The position numbers were made by a program, and so were the translations under genes. From contig JAXLQJ010000031.1 in the NCBI GenBank assembly GCA_046331705.1, positions 1 to 64,000 on the forward strand: 64,000 nucleotides of DNA. Reading direction: 5' to 3'. Source of the DNA: a bacterium (GTDB lineage: Bacteria; JADJOY01). How positions within the stretch are numbered: position 1 is the first letter of the stretch; each line of letters begins with the position of its first letter. Positions 39,201 to 48,845 of the stretch are shown here, one piece after another. The notes under the pieces are model-generated. The model was not told the DNA's origin. It made no database searches and was given only the letters and a program-made list of their open reading frames with translations.

Positions 39201-40012
39201 AGCTTGCAGCCTGGCTGGCCTCTTCCTCGCGCGACCTGGTGCGTCGCCGCTCGCTCTGGGTCTTGGTCGTCTTGGTGGCGGTGATGCTCTGGGGCCACTA
39301 CGAGGTGACGAGCCGGTTCGAAGAGCTGGTGGGCGAGGGCGAGGCCGTGGAGATAGCCACGCGCCGTCGGCTTGCTGGACTCTCTCCGCCACGCTTCGGC
39401 GCATCTTCCCCTGGGCCATGGTCGCGTTCGCAGCGTTCGTCGCGCCCGAGTCACGCCGCAACGGTACGATGCAGTTTCTGCTTTCGATCCCCGTGTCGCG
39501 GGCCCGCATCGTGCTTGCAGTTCGCGGCGTTCGCGGGGATTGCATCGGGCTGCGGTGTAGTCGTCCACGGCGTTTGGTGCTGGAGCGCGGCATCGCTCGG
39601 TGCTGCTTTCGCCCCGCGGGATGCAGGCCGCGTGGGCCTTCCTGCTGGTGCCCATTCTCGGCACGGCGTTCGTGGTGCACCTCTTCGCATCCGCGTTCTC
39701 GATCCTCGAGACGGCTCTTCGCTCTTCGGCATCCCCTACGGAGTGGATCTGCTCATCCAGATCGCCAGCGCGGTGCGACGAGCCGATCTCGACGTGATCG
39801 TTCACTTCGCGGAGCGCTTCACACTGCTCTACTCGTTCGACAGCTTCGGTGATTTGGCCCGAGCTGCCGAGCGCGTTCGTCACGGAGCGCGCACCTCACG
39901 GAGAGTGGCTTTGGATCGTCGCTCACGAGGCGGTCGTGCTCGTGCTTTGGGCGAGCATCGGTGGCGTTGCTACCGCAATCACGACTTCGGCTCGCGCACT
40001 GCCGTGAAGTGA
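39198..40012 (+). pseudogene. ABC-2 type permease, frameshifted
   Basis: RRRSLWVLVVLVAVML; ESRRNGTMQFLLSIPVSRARIVLA motif; ends YRNHDFGSRTAVK. Confidence 0.7.
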
Positions 40013-40190
40013 GCGGTTGGGCCGCGCTTCGGTGCCGAAGACGGCCGCTACGTTTCACCGCGCCTCGCCGGGAATCGCCAGGGGTCGGGGCCCAGGGTAA
40101 GCTGGCGGCGATCGAGTTTGTGATATCCGTCACGGTGGCTAGGAAGGGGGTGAGAACGAAGGTGGCCGCACTGCGACTCAAGACGCAGCA

Positions 40191-41055
40191 ATGACGGCGT
40201 CTCGTTCGCGCGCGGTGCTCATCACCGGTTGCTCGGCTGGGGATCGGCGAGGCGACGGCGCGCGCCTCGCGGAGCGTGGCTGGCCGGTCTTCGCGACGGC
40301 ACGGAAGCCCGCGTCGCTCGCGGAGCTCGAGGCGTGCGGCTGCACGGCGCTCGCTCTCGACGTGCGACGAGGGCACGATGGTCGAGGCGGTCGCCGCGGT
40401 GGAGCGCGAGCACGGCGCCGTGGGCGTGCTGATCAACAACGCCGGCTACGGCCTCGACGGACCCGTCGAGGAGCTCGACCTGGCGGAGATGAGGCGCCAG
40501 TTCGAGACCAACCTCTTCGGGCCCACGCGCCTCACCCAGCTGGTGATCCCTGGCATGCGCCGCCAGCGCTGGGGGCGGATCGTGAACGTGAGCTCGGTGG
40601 GCGGGCGCATCACGACTCCCGGCGCCGGCGCCTATCACGCGAGCAAGCACGCGCTCGAAAGCCTGAGCGACGCGCTGCGCTTCGAGGTGCAAGGCTTCGG
40701 CATCGACGTGATCGTGGTCGAGCCCGGCGCCATCCGCACTCGCTGGGTGGAGAAGGTGGTGCAATCGATCGAGGAGCGCCCCGATGCGGGCAGCCCGTAT
40801 GCGGCGTTCCGGCGCGCCGTGGCGGGGCGCCTCGCCACCAACGATGCCGGCCCGCTCGCGCTCTTCGCCGGCGAAGCGCTGGACGTGGCGCGAGTGATCG
40901 AGCGCGCGCTCGCTGCGAAGCAGCCAGCGACGCGTTACACGGTGCCGGCGAACGCGCGGCTCTTCTCGCTCGCCCATCGCTGGATGCCGGATCGCTGGTG
41001 GGATCGCTTCATGCGCACGCAGTATCCGCAGCCAGGTGAACGATGCGACGCCTGA
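40191..41055 (+). CDS. Short-chain dehydrogenase/reductase (N-terminal frameshifts as sequenced)
   Basis: VLITGCSAG, LALDV, LINNAGYG, NVSS, YHASK (YxxxK), VEPG; frame changes near 40240 and 40365. Confidence 0.88.
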
Positions 41056-42515
41056 GCGGAGTCGACGCCGATCTGCTCTACGCGGAAACGCCCAACGCCC
41101 ACCTTCACGTCGGCGCGCTCCTCATCCTCGATCCCTCCACCTCGCCGTGGCCGTTCGGCGTGGAGACGTGGCGCCAGCTCATCGAGGCCCACCTGAGCGA
41201 GCTGCCGCCGCTGCGCCAGCGGCTCGCCGAGGTCCCGTTTGGCATCGATCGGCCGTATTGGGTGGACGATCCGCATTTCGATCTGGGGCGGCACGTGCGC
41301 CGGATCGCGGTGCCCGCGCCCGGCGGCGCGCGCGAGCTCGGTGCGCTGGTGGGCGACCTCTGCAGCTACAAGCTCGATCGCACGGCGCCGCTCTGGGAGA
41401 TGTGGTTCATCGAGGGAGTCGAGCACGGGCGAGTCGCGCTGCTCTTCAAGGCACACCATTGCTGCATGGACGGTATGACGGGCGCCTTGATGCTGGGGCG
41501 CCTGCTCACCACCGAGCCCACCGCTCCGCGCCTCGACGGCGCGCGCTGGCAGCCCGAGCCCGGGCACGCGATCCCGTCGCCGCTCGAGCGATTCGCGTCC
41601 GGCTTGCGCCACATCGCCGCCACGCCGTGGGAGGCGCGCACGCCGCTCGGCGACACCGTGCGCTCGATCCGCAAGCTCGCGAACACCTGGCGCGCCAAGC
41701 CCGAGGGCGCGCCGCCGCTGCCCTTCACCGCGCCCCGCACGCGCCTCAACCGCGACATCACGCCCCACCGCGGCTTCGCGTTCGTGGAGGTGCCGCTCGA
41801 GCCCGTGAAGCGCGTGAAGAAGCACTTCGAGGTGAAGGTGAACGACGTCGCGGTGGCGCTGTGTGCCGGGGCGCTGCGCGAATACCTGCGGGCGCGCGGC
41901 GAGCTGCCGAAGGAGCCGCTCATCGCGGCGATTCCCGTGTCCATCCGCACCGGCGAGCAGATGGCGGGATTCGGCAACGCGGTCTCTGGTCTGTTCGCCA
42001 CTCTCGCCACGCACGTCGACGATGCCGGCGAGCGGCTGCGCGCCATCCACGAGGGCACGGTGGCCGCGAAGCGCATCTACGAGTCCGGGGTGGAAGACGC
42101 CGTGATGGAGTGGGCCGACCTCTCGTTGCCGAGCGCGGTGGCCCTCGCCGGGAAGCTCTGGACGTGGATGCACCTCTCGGAGCGGCTGCCGCCGATCTTC
42201 AACCTGCTGATCTCGAACGTGCCTGGCCCGCCGGTGTCGCTCTATGCGGGCGGCGCGCGGCTGGTGAGCTGCCATCCAATGGGACCGCTGGTGGGGAACG
42301 TGGCGCTCAACGTCACGGTCATGAGCTATCGCGACGTGCTGGGCTTCGGGCTGCTCGGTTGTCCCGAGGTGATTCCCGATCTCTGGGAGATCGCGGAGCG
42401 TGTGCCCGCGGCGCTGGACGAGCTCGTGGCTGCGACGATCCCTGCGGCGACATCGCCGCGCCGCGCAGGGCGCACACCGCGGCGTCCGCGCACCCGGCGT
42501 TCCCGTCGCGGCTGA
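41043..42515 (+). CDS. Wax ester synthase/diacylglycerol acyltransferase (WS/DGAT)
   Basis: RLSGVD, LDRTAPLWE, HHCCMDG (HHxxxDG), KVNDV, FNLLISNVPGP. Confidence 0.95.
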   Translation: MRRLSGVDADLLYAETPNAHLHVGALLILDPSTSPWPFGVETWRQLIEAHLSELPPLRQRLAEVPFGIDRPYWVDDPHFDLGRHVRRIAVPAPGGARELGALVGDLCSYKLDRTAPLWEMWFIEGVEHGRVALLFKAHHCCMDGMTGALMLGRLLTTEPTAPRLDGARWQPEPGHAIPSPLERFASGLRHIAATPWEARTPLGDTVRSIRKLANTWRAKPEGAPPLPFTAPRTRLNRDITPHRGFAFVEVPLEPVKRVKKHFEVKVNDVAVALCAGALREYLRARGELPKEPLIAAIPVSIRTGEQMAGFGNAVSGLFATLATHVDDAGERLRAIHEGTVAAKRIYESGVEDAVMEWADLSLPSAVALAGKLWTWMHLSERLPPIFNLLISNVPGPPVSLYAGGARLVSCHPMGPLVGNVALNVTVMSYRDVLGFGLLGCPEVIPDLWEIAERVPAALDELVAATIPAATSPRRAGRTPRRPRTRRSRRG

Positions 42516-42610
42516 ACGACGCCGGCCGAGGCCCGCGAGTCGGGGGCTCGGGAATGCGTGAATCGGCTACGCTCCCGCCTCGCAACGGCGAGGGACGACG
42601 GGGGGCCGGA

Positions 42611-43534
42611 ATGCGACCGCAATCGGGCAGGTCGTTGGTCGCGCGGCGACTCGCGGTGAGGGGCTCGGCGCTGCTCGTCCTGCTGGGTGTGAGCCACCTC
42701 GCGCGCGCGGATGGGGTCACCGTCTACCAGAACGGCTTCGAGTCCGCCGATACCTGCGCGTGGAAGGCGAGCGTGCCCGCCAGCACGTGCGATCCCACGA
42801 TGGTGTACGTCCCCGCAGGCGAGTTCACGATGGGTTCGAGCGCCGGAGAGCTCCGGGAACAGCCGGTCCATCTCGTGTACCTCGACGCGTTCTGGATCGA
42901 CCGGACCGAGGTGACGGTGGATGCCTACGCGGCGTGCGTCGCGAGCGGTGTCTGCAAGAAGCCGAATAGCGAGTACGGCGAGTCCTTCCCCAACAGCCCG
43001 TGGTGCAACTGGGGCGCGCCGGATCGGGCGGGAGATCACCCGGTCAACTGCCTCGAATGGGGCCGGGCGAACAAGTACTGCGCCTGGGCTGGCAAACGCT
43101 TGCCAACGGAGGCCGAGTGGGAGAAGGCAGCGCGGGGAACGGACGCGCGGACGTATCCCTGGGGCGAGGCGGAGCCATCGTGCGACTACGCCATCATCTA
43201 CGCCTCCGTGGGTGGGAACGGCTGTGGGTTCAACACCACGTGGCCGGTCGGATCCAAGCCCGCCGGCGTGTCCCCGTACGGTGCGCTCGACATGTCCGGG
43301 AACGTTTGGGAGTGGGTCAACGATTGGTATCTCTGGAACTACTACACGGTGAGCCCGCACTCGAACCCGCCCGGTCCCGCGAAGACCGGCGACCGGGTGC
43401 TGCGGGGAAACTCGTGGGACGGCGGCGCGAGCAGCTCGCGCGCGGCGTATCGCAACGGTGCCGCCGTCGCGTTCTTCTCGATCGAGACGGGATTCCGCTG
43501 CGCCGCATCGACGCCACCCGCTGCCAGCCGGTGA
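42611..43534 (+). CDS. Secreted FGE-sulfatase (SUMF1/EgtB/PvdO) fold protein
   Basis: Signal peptide; PAGEFTMGS, DRTEVT, HPVN, KRLPTEAEWEKAARG, DMSGNVWEW, GFRC. Confidence 0.9.
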   Translation: MRPQSGRSLVARRLAVRGSALLVLLGVSHLARADGVTVYQNGFESADTCAWKASVPASTCDPTMVYVPAGEFTMGSSAGELREQPVHLVYLDAFWIDRTEVTVDAYAACVASGVCKKPNSEYGESFPNSPWCNWGAPDRAGDHPVNCLEWGRANKYCAWAGKRLPTEAEWEKAARGTDARTYPWGEAEPSCDYAIIYASVGGNGCGFNTTWPVGSKPAGVSPYGALDMSGNVWEWVNDWYLWNYYTVSPHSNPPGPAKTGDRVLRGNSWDGGASSSRAAYRNGAAVAFFSIETGFRCAASTPPAASR

Positions 43535-43660
43535 TCGAGCGCGCGTCACCGGTCGCTGCACGGATACGGAGGCTTCGGCCGACGCGTGCATCGCGGCGGT
43601 CGAGGCGATAGGGTTGCGCGCCGAGCCGGGCCGCGAGCGGGCCCCGCACGCGAGCGACAC

Positions 43661-44737
43661 ATGCGCGAGATCATCGACGCCGACGGCCATCTGGTCGAAG
43701 GCATGACGTTCATGGGCGAGGCGCTCGAACGCTTCGCGAGCCACATGCGCCTCGAGCCCGACGAGGAGAGCGGTGTCGCGCTCTACATCGAGGGCCGCCG
43801 CTATCCCCAGTCGCGTGGAGCCGGTCGCGGCGTGTCGACGCAGCACAGCACCTGCCACGAGCAAGGCATCGATCCCAGCAGCGTCGCCGGCGTGCTGGCG
43901 GATGCCGACCGCGAGGGCATCGGCACCATGGTGCTCTACCCGAGCCTGGCGCTCGGCGTGCCCGGTTTCACCGACACCGCGTTCGCCGCGGCGTTCTCCG
44001 AGTACTACAACCGCTACGCCGCCGAATGGTGCCGCGAATCGGGCGGGCGCTTGCGCGCCGTGGCGGTGGCCCCGATCGAGGACGTGCCGCGTGCGATCGC
44101 CGTCCTCGAATCGGCCAAGCGTCTCGGCCTGGTGGGCGTGTGCGTGCCACCGGCCCTCGCCGAGCGCAACCTCGATCATCCGGACCTCACCCCGTTCTTC
44201 GCCGCTGCCGAGGATCTGGCGTTGCCGATCGGCGTGCACGGCGCGCCGGGTCTGCACCTGCCCAAGATCGGCGTCGATCGGTTCACCAACTACATCCAGG
44301 TGCACTGCGTGAGCTTCCCCTTCGACCAGATGACGGCGATGACGGCGCTGGTGAGCGGCGGCGTGTTGGAACGCCATCCGCGCCTGCGCGTGGCGTTTCT
44401 CGAGGCGGGGATCGGCTGGCTGCCGTTCTTCCTCGATCGTCTCGACGAGCATTTCGAGAAGCGCGGCGAGTGGGTGGCGGACGGCTGGAAGCGGCGGCCG
44501 CGCGAGTACCTCGCGCGCGGTCAGCTGTTCGCGACGTGCGAGCCCGAGGAGTCGCTGCTGCCGGCGGCGGTCGCCATCCTGGGTGCCGAGCACATCATGT
44601 ACGCGAGCGATTATCCGCATTGGGACAGCGAGTTCCCCGAGAGCGCGCGCCCGATCCGCGAGCGCGGCGACCTCGACGAGGCGGCGCGCGCCGCCATCCT
44701 CGGCGGCACCGCACGGCGCTTCTACGATCTGGGGTGA
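43661..44737 (+). CDS. Amidohydrolase 2 family protein
   Basis: IIDADGH, VLYPS, GVLERHPRLRVAFLEAG, YASDYPHWD. Confidence 0.92.
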   Translation: MREIIDADGHLVEGMTFMGEALERFASHMRLEPDEESGVALYIEGRRYPQSRGAGRGVSTQHSTCHEQGIDPSSVAGVLADADREGIGTMVLYPSLALGVPGFTDTAFAAAFSEYYNRYAAEWCRESGGRLRAVAVAPIEDVPRAIAVLESAKRLGLVGVCVPPALAERNLDHPDLTPFFAAAEDLALPIGVHGAPGLHLPKIGVDRFTNYIQVHCVSFPFDQMTAMTALVSGGVLERHPRLRVAFLEAGIGWLPFFLDRLDEHFEKRGEWVADGWKRRPREYLARGQLFATCEPEESLLPAAVAILGAEHIMYASDYPHWDSEFPESARPIRERGDLDEAARAAILGGTARRFYDLG

Positions 44738-44767
44738 GGCAACCGTTCGAGCCTGGGAGGGCGTTGC

Positions 44768-46501
44768 ATGCTGGACGTGAAGATCGAAGGTGGCACCGTC
44801 GTGGACGGCAGCGGTAAGCAGGGCCGCGTAGCCGACGTGGGCATCCGCGACGGGCGCATCGACGCCATCGGGCACATCGGCGAGCCGGCGCGCGTCACGC
44901 TCGACGCCCGCGGACAGGTCGTGTGCCCGGGCTTCGTCGATCTGCACACCCACTACGACGCCCAGGTCTTCTGGGACCCGGCGCTCACGCCCTCGTCGCT
45001 GCACGGCGTGACGACGGTGTTCGGCGGCAACTGCGGCTTCAGCCTGGCACCGCTCGAGCCCAGCGAGGGCGAATACCTGATGCGGATGCTGGCGCGCGTC
45101 GAGGGCATGCCGCTCGAGAGCCTGCGCGCGGGCGTGCCGTGGGATTGGCGCACGTTCGACGAATACCTCGGCCGCCTGGAAGGTCGGGTGGCGCTCAACG
45201 TCGGCTTTCTCGTCGGCCACTCGGCGCTGCGCCGCTCGGCGATGGGCGAGCGCGCCAATCGCGAGGCCGCGAGCGACGCCGACCTGGCGCGCATGGTGGA
45301 GCTCTTGCGCAGCTCGCTGGCGGCGGGCGGCATGGGGTTCTCGTCGTCTTCGTCGCCGACTCACAGCGATGGCGACGGTGGCCCGGTTCCCTCGCGTCAC
45401 GCCGCGCGCGAGGAGATCCTGGCGCTCTGCCGCGAGGTGAGACTCCACCCGGGCACCACGCTCGAGTTCATCCCCACCGCGGGTCCGTTCGAGCGCGCCC
45501 ACAAGGAGCTGATGGTCGAGATGTCGCTCGCCGCGGAGCGCACGCTCAACTGGAACTCGCTGGTGGTGACCGCGATGGCGCCCGACCTCTTCGAGCAGCA
45601 GCTCGAGACCTCGGATCGCGCCGCCAAGCGCGGGGCGCGGGTGGTGGCGCTCACGTTGCCGGACGTGATGCGGATGCGCATCAACTTCACGTCGGGGTTC
45701 GTCTTCGATTCGCTGCCGGGCTGGGGCTCGGTGCTGGCCCTCGATCACGCGTCGAAGCTGCAGGCGCTCGCGCAAGTCGACGTGCGCGAGCGGTTGCGCG
45801 CCGGCTACGCTTCACCGGACGCCGGCGTGTTCTCGTTCCTGCTCGCGCCCGATCTGTTGCGAGTGGTCGAGACCTTCACGCCTGCGGGAAAGGCCGTCGA
45901 GGGTCGCACGATCGGCGAGGTGGCGAGGGAGCAAGGCAAGGATCCGTTCGATGCGCTCTTCGACCTGGCGATCGCCGAGGACCTGCGAACGCAGTTCACG
46001 CCGATGGTTCCCGGCGACGACGACGAGAGCTGGAAGCTACGCGCGCAGGTGTGGCGCGATCCGCGGGTGCTGATCGGCGCCTCGGACGCCGGCGCGCACC
46101 TCGACATGATCGACACCTTCCAGCTCTCGACGCAGCTCCTCGGCCCGTGCGTGCGCGAGCGCCGGCTCATCGAGCTGGAGGACGCCATCCACCGCATCAC
46201 CGACGTGCCCGCGCGTCTCTACGGCGTGCGCGAGCGGGGCCGCTTGGTGCCCGGCTGGCACGCCGACGTGGTGGTCTTCGATCCCGACCGGATCGGGCCG
46301 GGGCCGCTGCACACCCGCGCGGACCTGCCCGGCGGCGCGTCGCGGCTCTTCGCCGAAGCGCGTGGGATCGCCCACGTGCTCGTGAACGGAGTCGAGATCG
46401 TGCGCGGCGGCGAGGTCACCGGAGCCCGTCCGGGCACCGTGCTGCGATCGGGTCGCGATACCGAGACCGTCGCGATCCCCGCCAGCATCCGCCAAGCCTG
46501 A
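44768..46501 (+). CDS. N-acyl-D-amino-acid deacylase family amidohydrolase
   Basis: PGFVDLHTHYD, HGVTTVFGGNCG, SDAGAH, RGRLVPGWHADVVVFDP. Confidence 0.92.
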   Translation: MLDVKIEGGTVVDGSGKQGRVADVGIRDGRIDAIGHIGEPARVTLDARGQVVCPGFVDLHTHYDAQVFWDPALTPSSLHGVTTVFGGNCGFSLAPLEPSEGEYLMRMLARVEGMPLESLRAGVPWDWRTFDEYLGRLEGRVALNVGFLVGHSALRRSAMGERANREAASDADLARMVELLRSSLAAGGMGFSSSSSPTHSDGDGGPVPSRHAAREEILALCREVRLHPGTTLEFIPTAGPFERAHKELMVEMSLAAERTLNWNSLVVTAMAPDLFEQQLETSDRAAKRGARVVALTLPDVMRMRINFTSGFVFDSLPGWGSVLALDHASKLQALAQVDVRERLRAGYASPDAGVFSFLLAPDLLRVVETFTPAGKAVEGRTIGEVAREQGKDPFDALFDLAIAEDLRTQFTPMVPGDDDESWKLRAQVWRDPRVLIGASDAGAHLDMIDTFQLSTQLLGPCVRERRLIELEDAIHRITDVPARLYGVRERGRLVPGWHADVVVFDPDRIGPGPLHTRADLPGGASRLFAEARGIAHVLVNGVEIVRGGEVTGARPGTVLRSGRDTETVAIPASIRQA

Positions 46502-46531
46502 AGCGAGCGCGGCGCGCGCCGCGCTCGGCTC

Positions 46532-48238
46532 TCACCGCTCGGCGGACGACGCGTCGCGGTCCGCGACCGTGAACGAGCCGTGCTTGTAGCGCGCGCGCTC
46601 CGTGCCGTCGGGAGTGACGAAGCGAACCTCGTCGAAGTGAAGGGCGAGGAAGACCAACACCGATAGCTCGACGTCGCTCTGTCTCTCGCCGGCGGTGCGC
46701 TGGGTCCAATCGGGGCTGACGACGACCTTCAAGACCTGCTTCTCGACCCGCGCGTCCTCGACGGGAAGGGCGGGTGTGGCCCGCTGGAGCTCGGCGCGCA
46801 GGCGAGCGACGTCGACCGTTTCCGGTGGCGGATCGCGGCGCCCGGTGAGCTGGAACGCGACGGCGCCCGCGACGAGCACCACGCCGACGATCCCCGCGGC
46901 GAGCGCACCGCGGGGCAAGCTTCGCGACGCGCTCGCGTCGTCGTTGGCGTCGCCCGCGCGGCGCGGGTCACGCGTTGCGCCGGCGCGCTCGTCCCTGGAA
47001 CGGCTTGCGCTCTTTTGGGCGCTCGGCTTGCGAGACTCGTCGCGCTCCTTGCGAGCTCCCGTGCGCGGCCGCTCGGCGTCTCCGGCGGCGCGGGCGAGCT
47101 GTGCGGCTTGTCGCGCGAGTCGTTGTTGCTCGGCGGGCCATTGGGCGTAGCGCTCTTCGGACGCTTGGGCGGGCTCGAGCGCCGCCGCGTGCCAAGCGGC
47201 GCGAGCGGCCAGCGCCGCGACGTCCTCGGCGGCGTGCACCAGCTCGCGTCGCATCCCCTCGTCGAGCGCCGCCGCGCTCGAGCTGGACGCGAGGTCGGCG
47301 GCGAGCGCGCGGAGCGAGCGCTGGCTGCGACCGAGGGATTCGAGCTCGCCGGCACCGAGGCGCTGGAAGCGCCAGTCGACGCTCGACAGCGTGTCGATGA
47401 CTTCCATCTGTGCCACCGCCAGCGCGATGAGCGGGTGACGGCTCGAGTCGGGTACGGGCGCTGGTGCCGCCGTGGTCGGGCTCGCGGCGCGCGACACGAT
47501 CTCGTCGGTGGAGCGATCGAGATCGCTCAGGTCGAGCGCCCAGCTTCCGCCGGCGGACCCGGGCGGCTGGCCATCGCCGGTGGCGTCGGTACCCGCGCAC
47601 GCCCGCAGCGCGGCGTGGATCGCGAACCCCGGGGCGCCCGTGGTCGGTGCAAGCGCGCGCCCGCGATAGGTGAAGGCGAGGCGCGCCTCGCCGTGTTGCG
47701 CGAGCGACGGCTCGAGCGCGAGCCACGCGGCGAGCTGCGGCCCGCCACCAGCCTCCGAGTGCTCCGACTCGGCGTCGCGCGCGATCGACACGTGACGGGT
47801 GCCGGCGAGCCACGCGCACAACCCGTCGTTGGTCGAGCCGGGATTCAGGATGTCGGGGTCGACGGGCACGGGCCACACCAGCGCGCCGTCGGCGTCGACG
47901 GAGAGCGCGCCCGGGTAGGCGCGCTCGAGCTCGGCGATTCGACCGGCGAGCGCCGCGGCGGAATCGTCGAGCTTGAGACCGAAGCCCGAGACCGTGACGC
48001 CGCCGACGTTGCGATTGAGATGGGCGGTGACGCGGGCCTCGCCGTGGAACGTGGCGCCCGCGCCCAGCCCGAGCGCGAAGAAGACCCGCGCCTGGACCTC
48101 GGGAAGCGCGTTCGACTGGACGAAGAGGTTCGACTCGGTGAGCGAGGTGACGATTCCCTCGCCCCACACACGCCCGTGCTGCGTGTAGCGGATCGAGAGC
48201 GAGACCTCGAAGCGCAGGGCGCGATCGTCGGCGGGCAT
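46532..48238 (-). CDS. Hypothetical bitopic membrane protein with degenerate N-terminal PilZ-like domain (paralog 1)
   Basis: R.EVSLSIRY...GEGIVTSL...LFVQ...GEARVT...GFGLK; coiled coil; TM ALAAGIVGVVLVAGAVAF; co-linear paralog adjacent. Confidence 0.75.
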   Translation of the reverse strand: MPADDRALRFEVSLSIRYTQHGRVWGEGIVTSLTESNLFVQSNALPEVQARVFFALGLGAGATFHGEARVTAHLNRNVGGVTVSGFGLKLDDSAAALAGRIAELERAYPGALSVDADGALVWPVPVDPDILNPGSTNDGLCAWLAGTRHVSIARDAESEHSEAGGGPQLAAWLALEPSLAQHGEARLAFTYRGRALAPTTGAPGFAIHAALRACAGTDATGDGQPPGSAGGSWALDLSDLDRSTDEIVSRAASPTTAAPAPVPDSSRHPLIALAVAQMEVIDTLSSVDWRFQRLGAGELESLGRSQRSLRALAADLASSSSAAALDEGMRRELVHAAEDVAALAARAAWHAAALEPAQASEERYAQWPAEQQRLARQAAQLARAAGDAERPRTGARKERDESRKPSAQKSASRSRDERAGATRDPRRAGDANDDASASRSLPRGALAAGIVGVVLVAGAVAFQLTGRRDPPPETVDVARLRAELQRATPALPVEDARVEKQVLKVVVSPDWTQRTAGERQSDVELSVLVFLALHFDEVRFVTPDGTERARYKHGSFTVADRDASSAER

Positions 48239-48435
48239 GCGGCTGGTAAGGTGCGGTGGACGTTGGGTGGTTGCGTCGTCGGCTGGCGCGCTGGTGCGCG
48301 CGTCCAACGAGGCCGGCGATCGTATGTTCCGAGATCCGCCGTCGCAAGGTGGCCGCTTTCCGCCGCCGGGTCCGGCGCCCCGCCGCATCATCCTGTCGAC
48401 GCCGCCTTCGCGCCGCCTGCGGTCGAATCACGGCG

Positions 48436-48762
48436 CAGGAGGTGCCGCTCTGGAAGACCGAGGCGGAGAAAGCGGCGCTGCTCGGCTCGCGAGTCTTCCA
48501 CAGCGGTCAGGAGCTGGGCAGCACCACGGCGAGTCGTGCTTCATGTGGCAACCGCACGCGGCCAACACCCACCCCGAGACTCATCCCACGTACCAGACGC
48601 AGCTCGGGCGCTTGGCGTTGCTGCGCGACCCGAACCCTTGCGGCCGCGAGCACCCGGTGCGCGGGCAACCGCGGAACGCCGATGACCCCAAGACGCGTGC
48701 GCGCGAGGCATACATCGATGCGCAGCGCCCCACCGTGGCGCTCGAGCACGAGGAAGCGCTGA
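48436..48762 (+). pseudogene. Decayed monoheme cytochrome c gene
   Basis: LWKTEAEK...GSRVFHS..ELGSTT / SCFMWQPHAANTHPETHPTYQTQLGRLALLRD...EHPVRG...DDPK.RA.EAYI.AQR resembles a cytochrome c family recalled as SCxMCHP..ANTHPETYPKYQ; CxxCH altered to CFMWQ; frameshifts. Confidence 0.65.
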
Positions 48763-48845
48763 GCGCCAAGGGCGGCGGCTCTGGCCGCGGCCCGCGACTT
48801 CCGCCCGCCGGGACCGCGTTCGCGCCGACGGCGGCGGGGCTGGCT

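Noticed and set aside
34687-40400. Programmed frameshifting or recoding as the cause of broken ORFs
   Set aside because: Shifts are numerous, occur in unrelated genes and lack slippery-site patterns; sequencing error or decay is simpler.
43400-43534. FGE-fold C-terminus as a diversity-generating retroelement variable region
   Set aside because: No template repeat copy and no reverse transcriptase seen in the window; a remote DGR cannot be excluded.
42611-43534. True formylglycine-generating enzyme
   Set aside because: The RGNSWDGGASSSRAAYR segment lacks the catalytic Cys pair of FGE, and no sulfatase is adjacent.
42326-45775. Very long antisense or alternate-frame ORFs (42326-45775 -, 53991-56792 -, 1058-4327 +, 21835-24588 -, 58497-61298 + upstream part)
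   Set aside because: They shadow well-supported genes, are Arg/Ala/Gly-rich and motif-free; expected from stop-codon scarcity at high GC.
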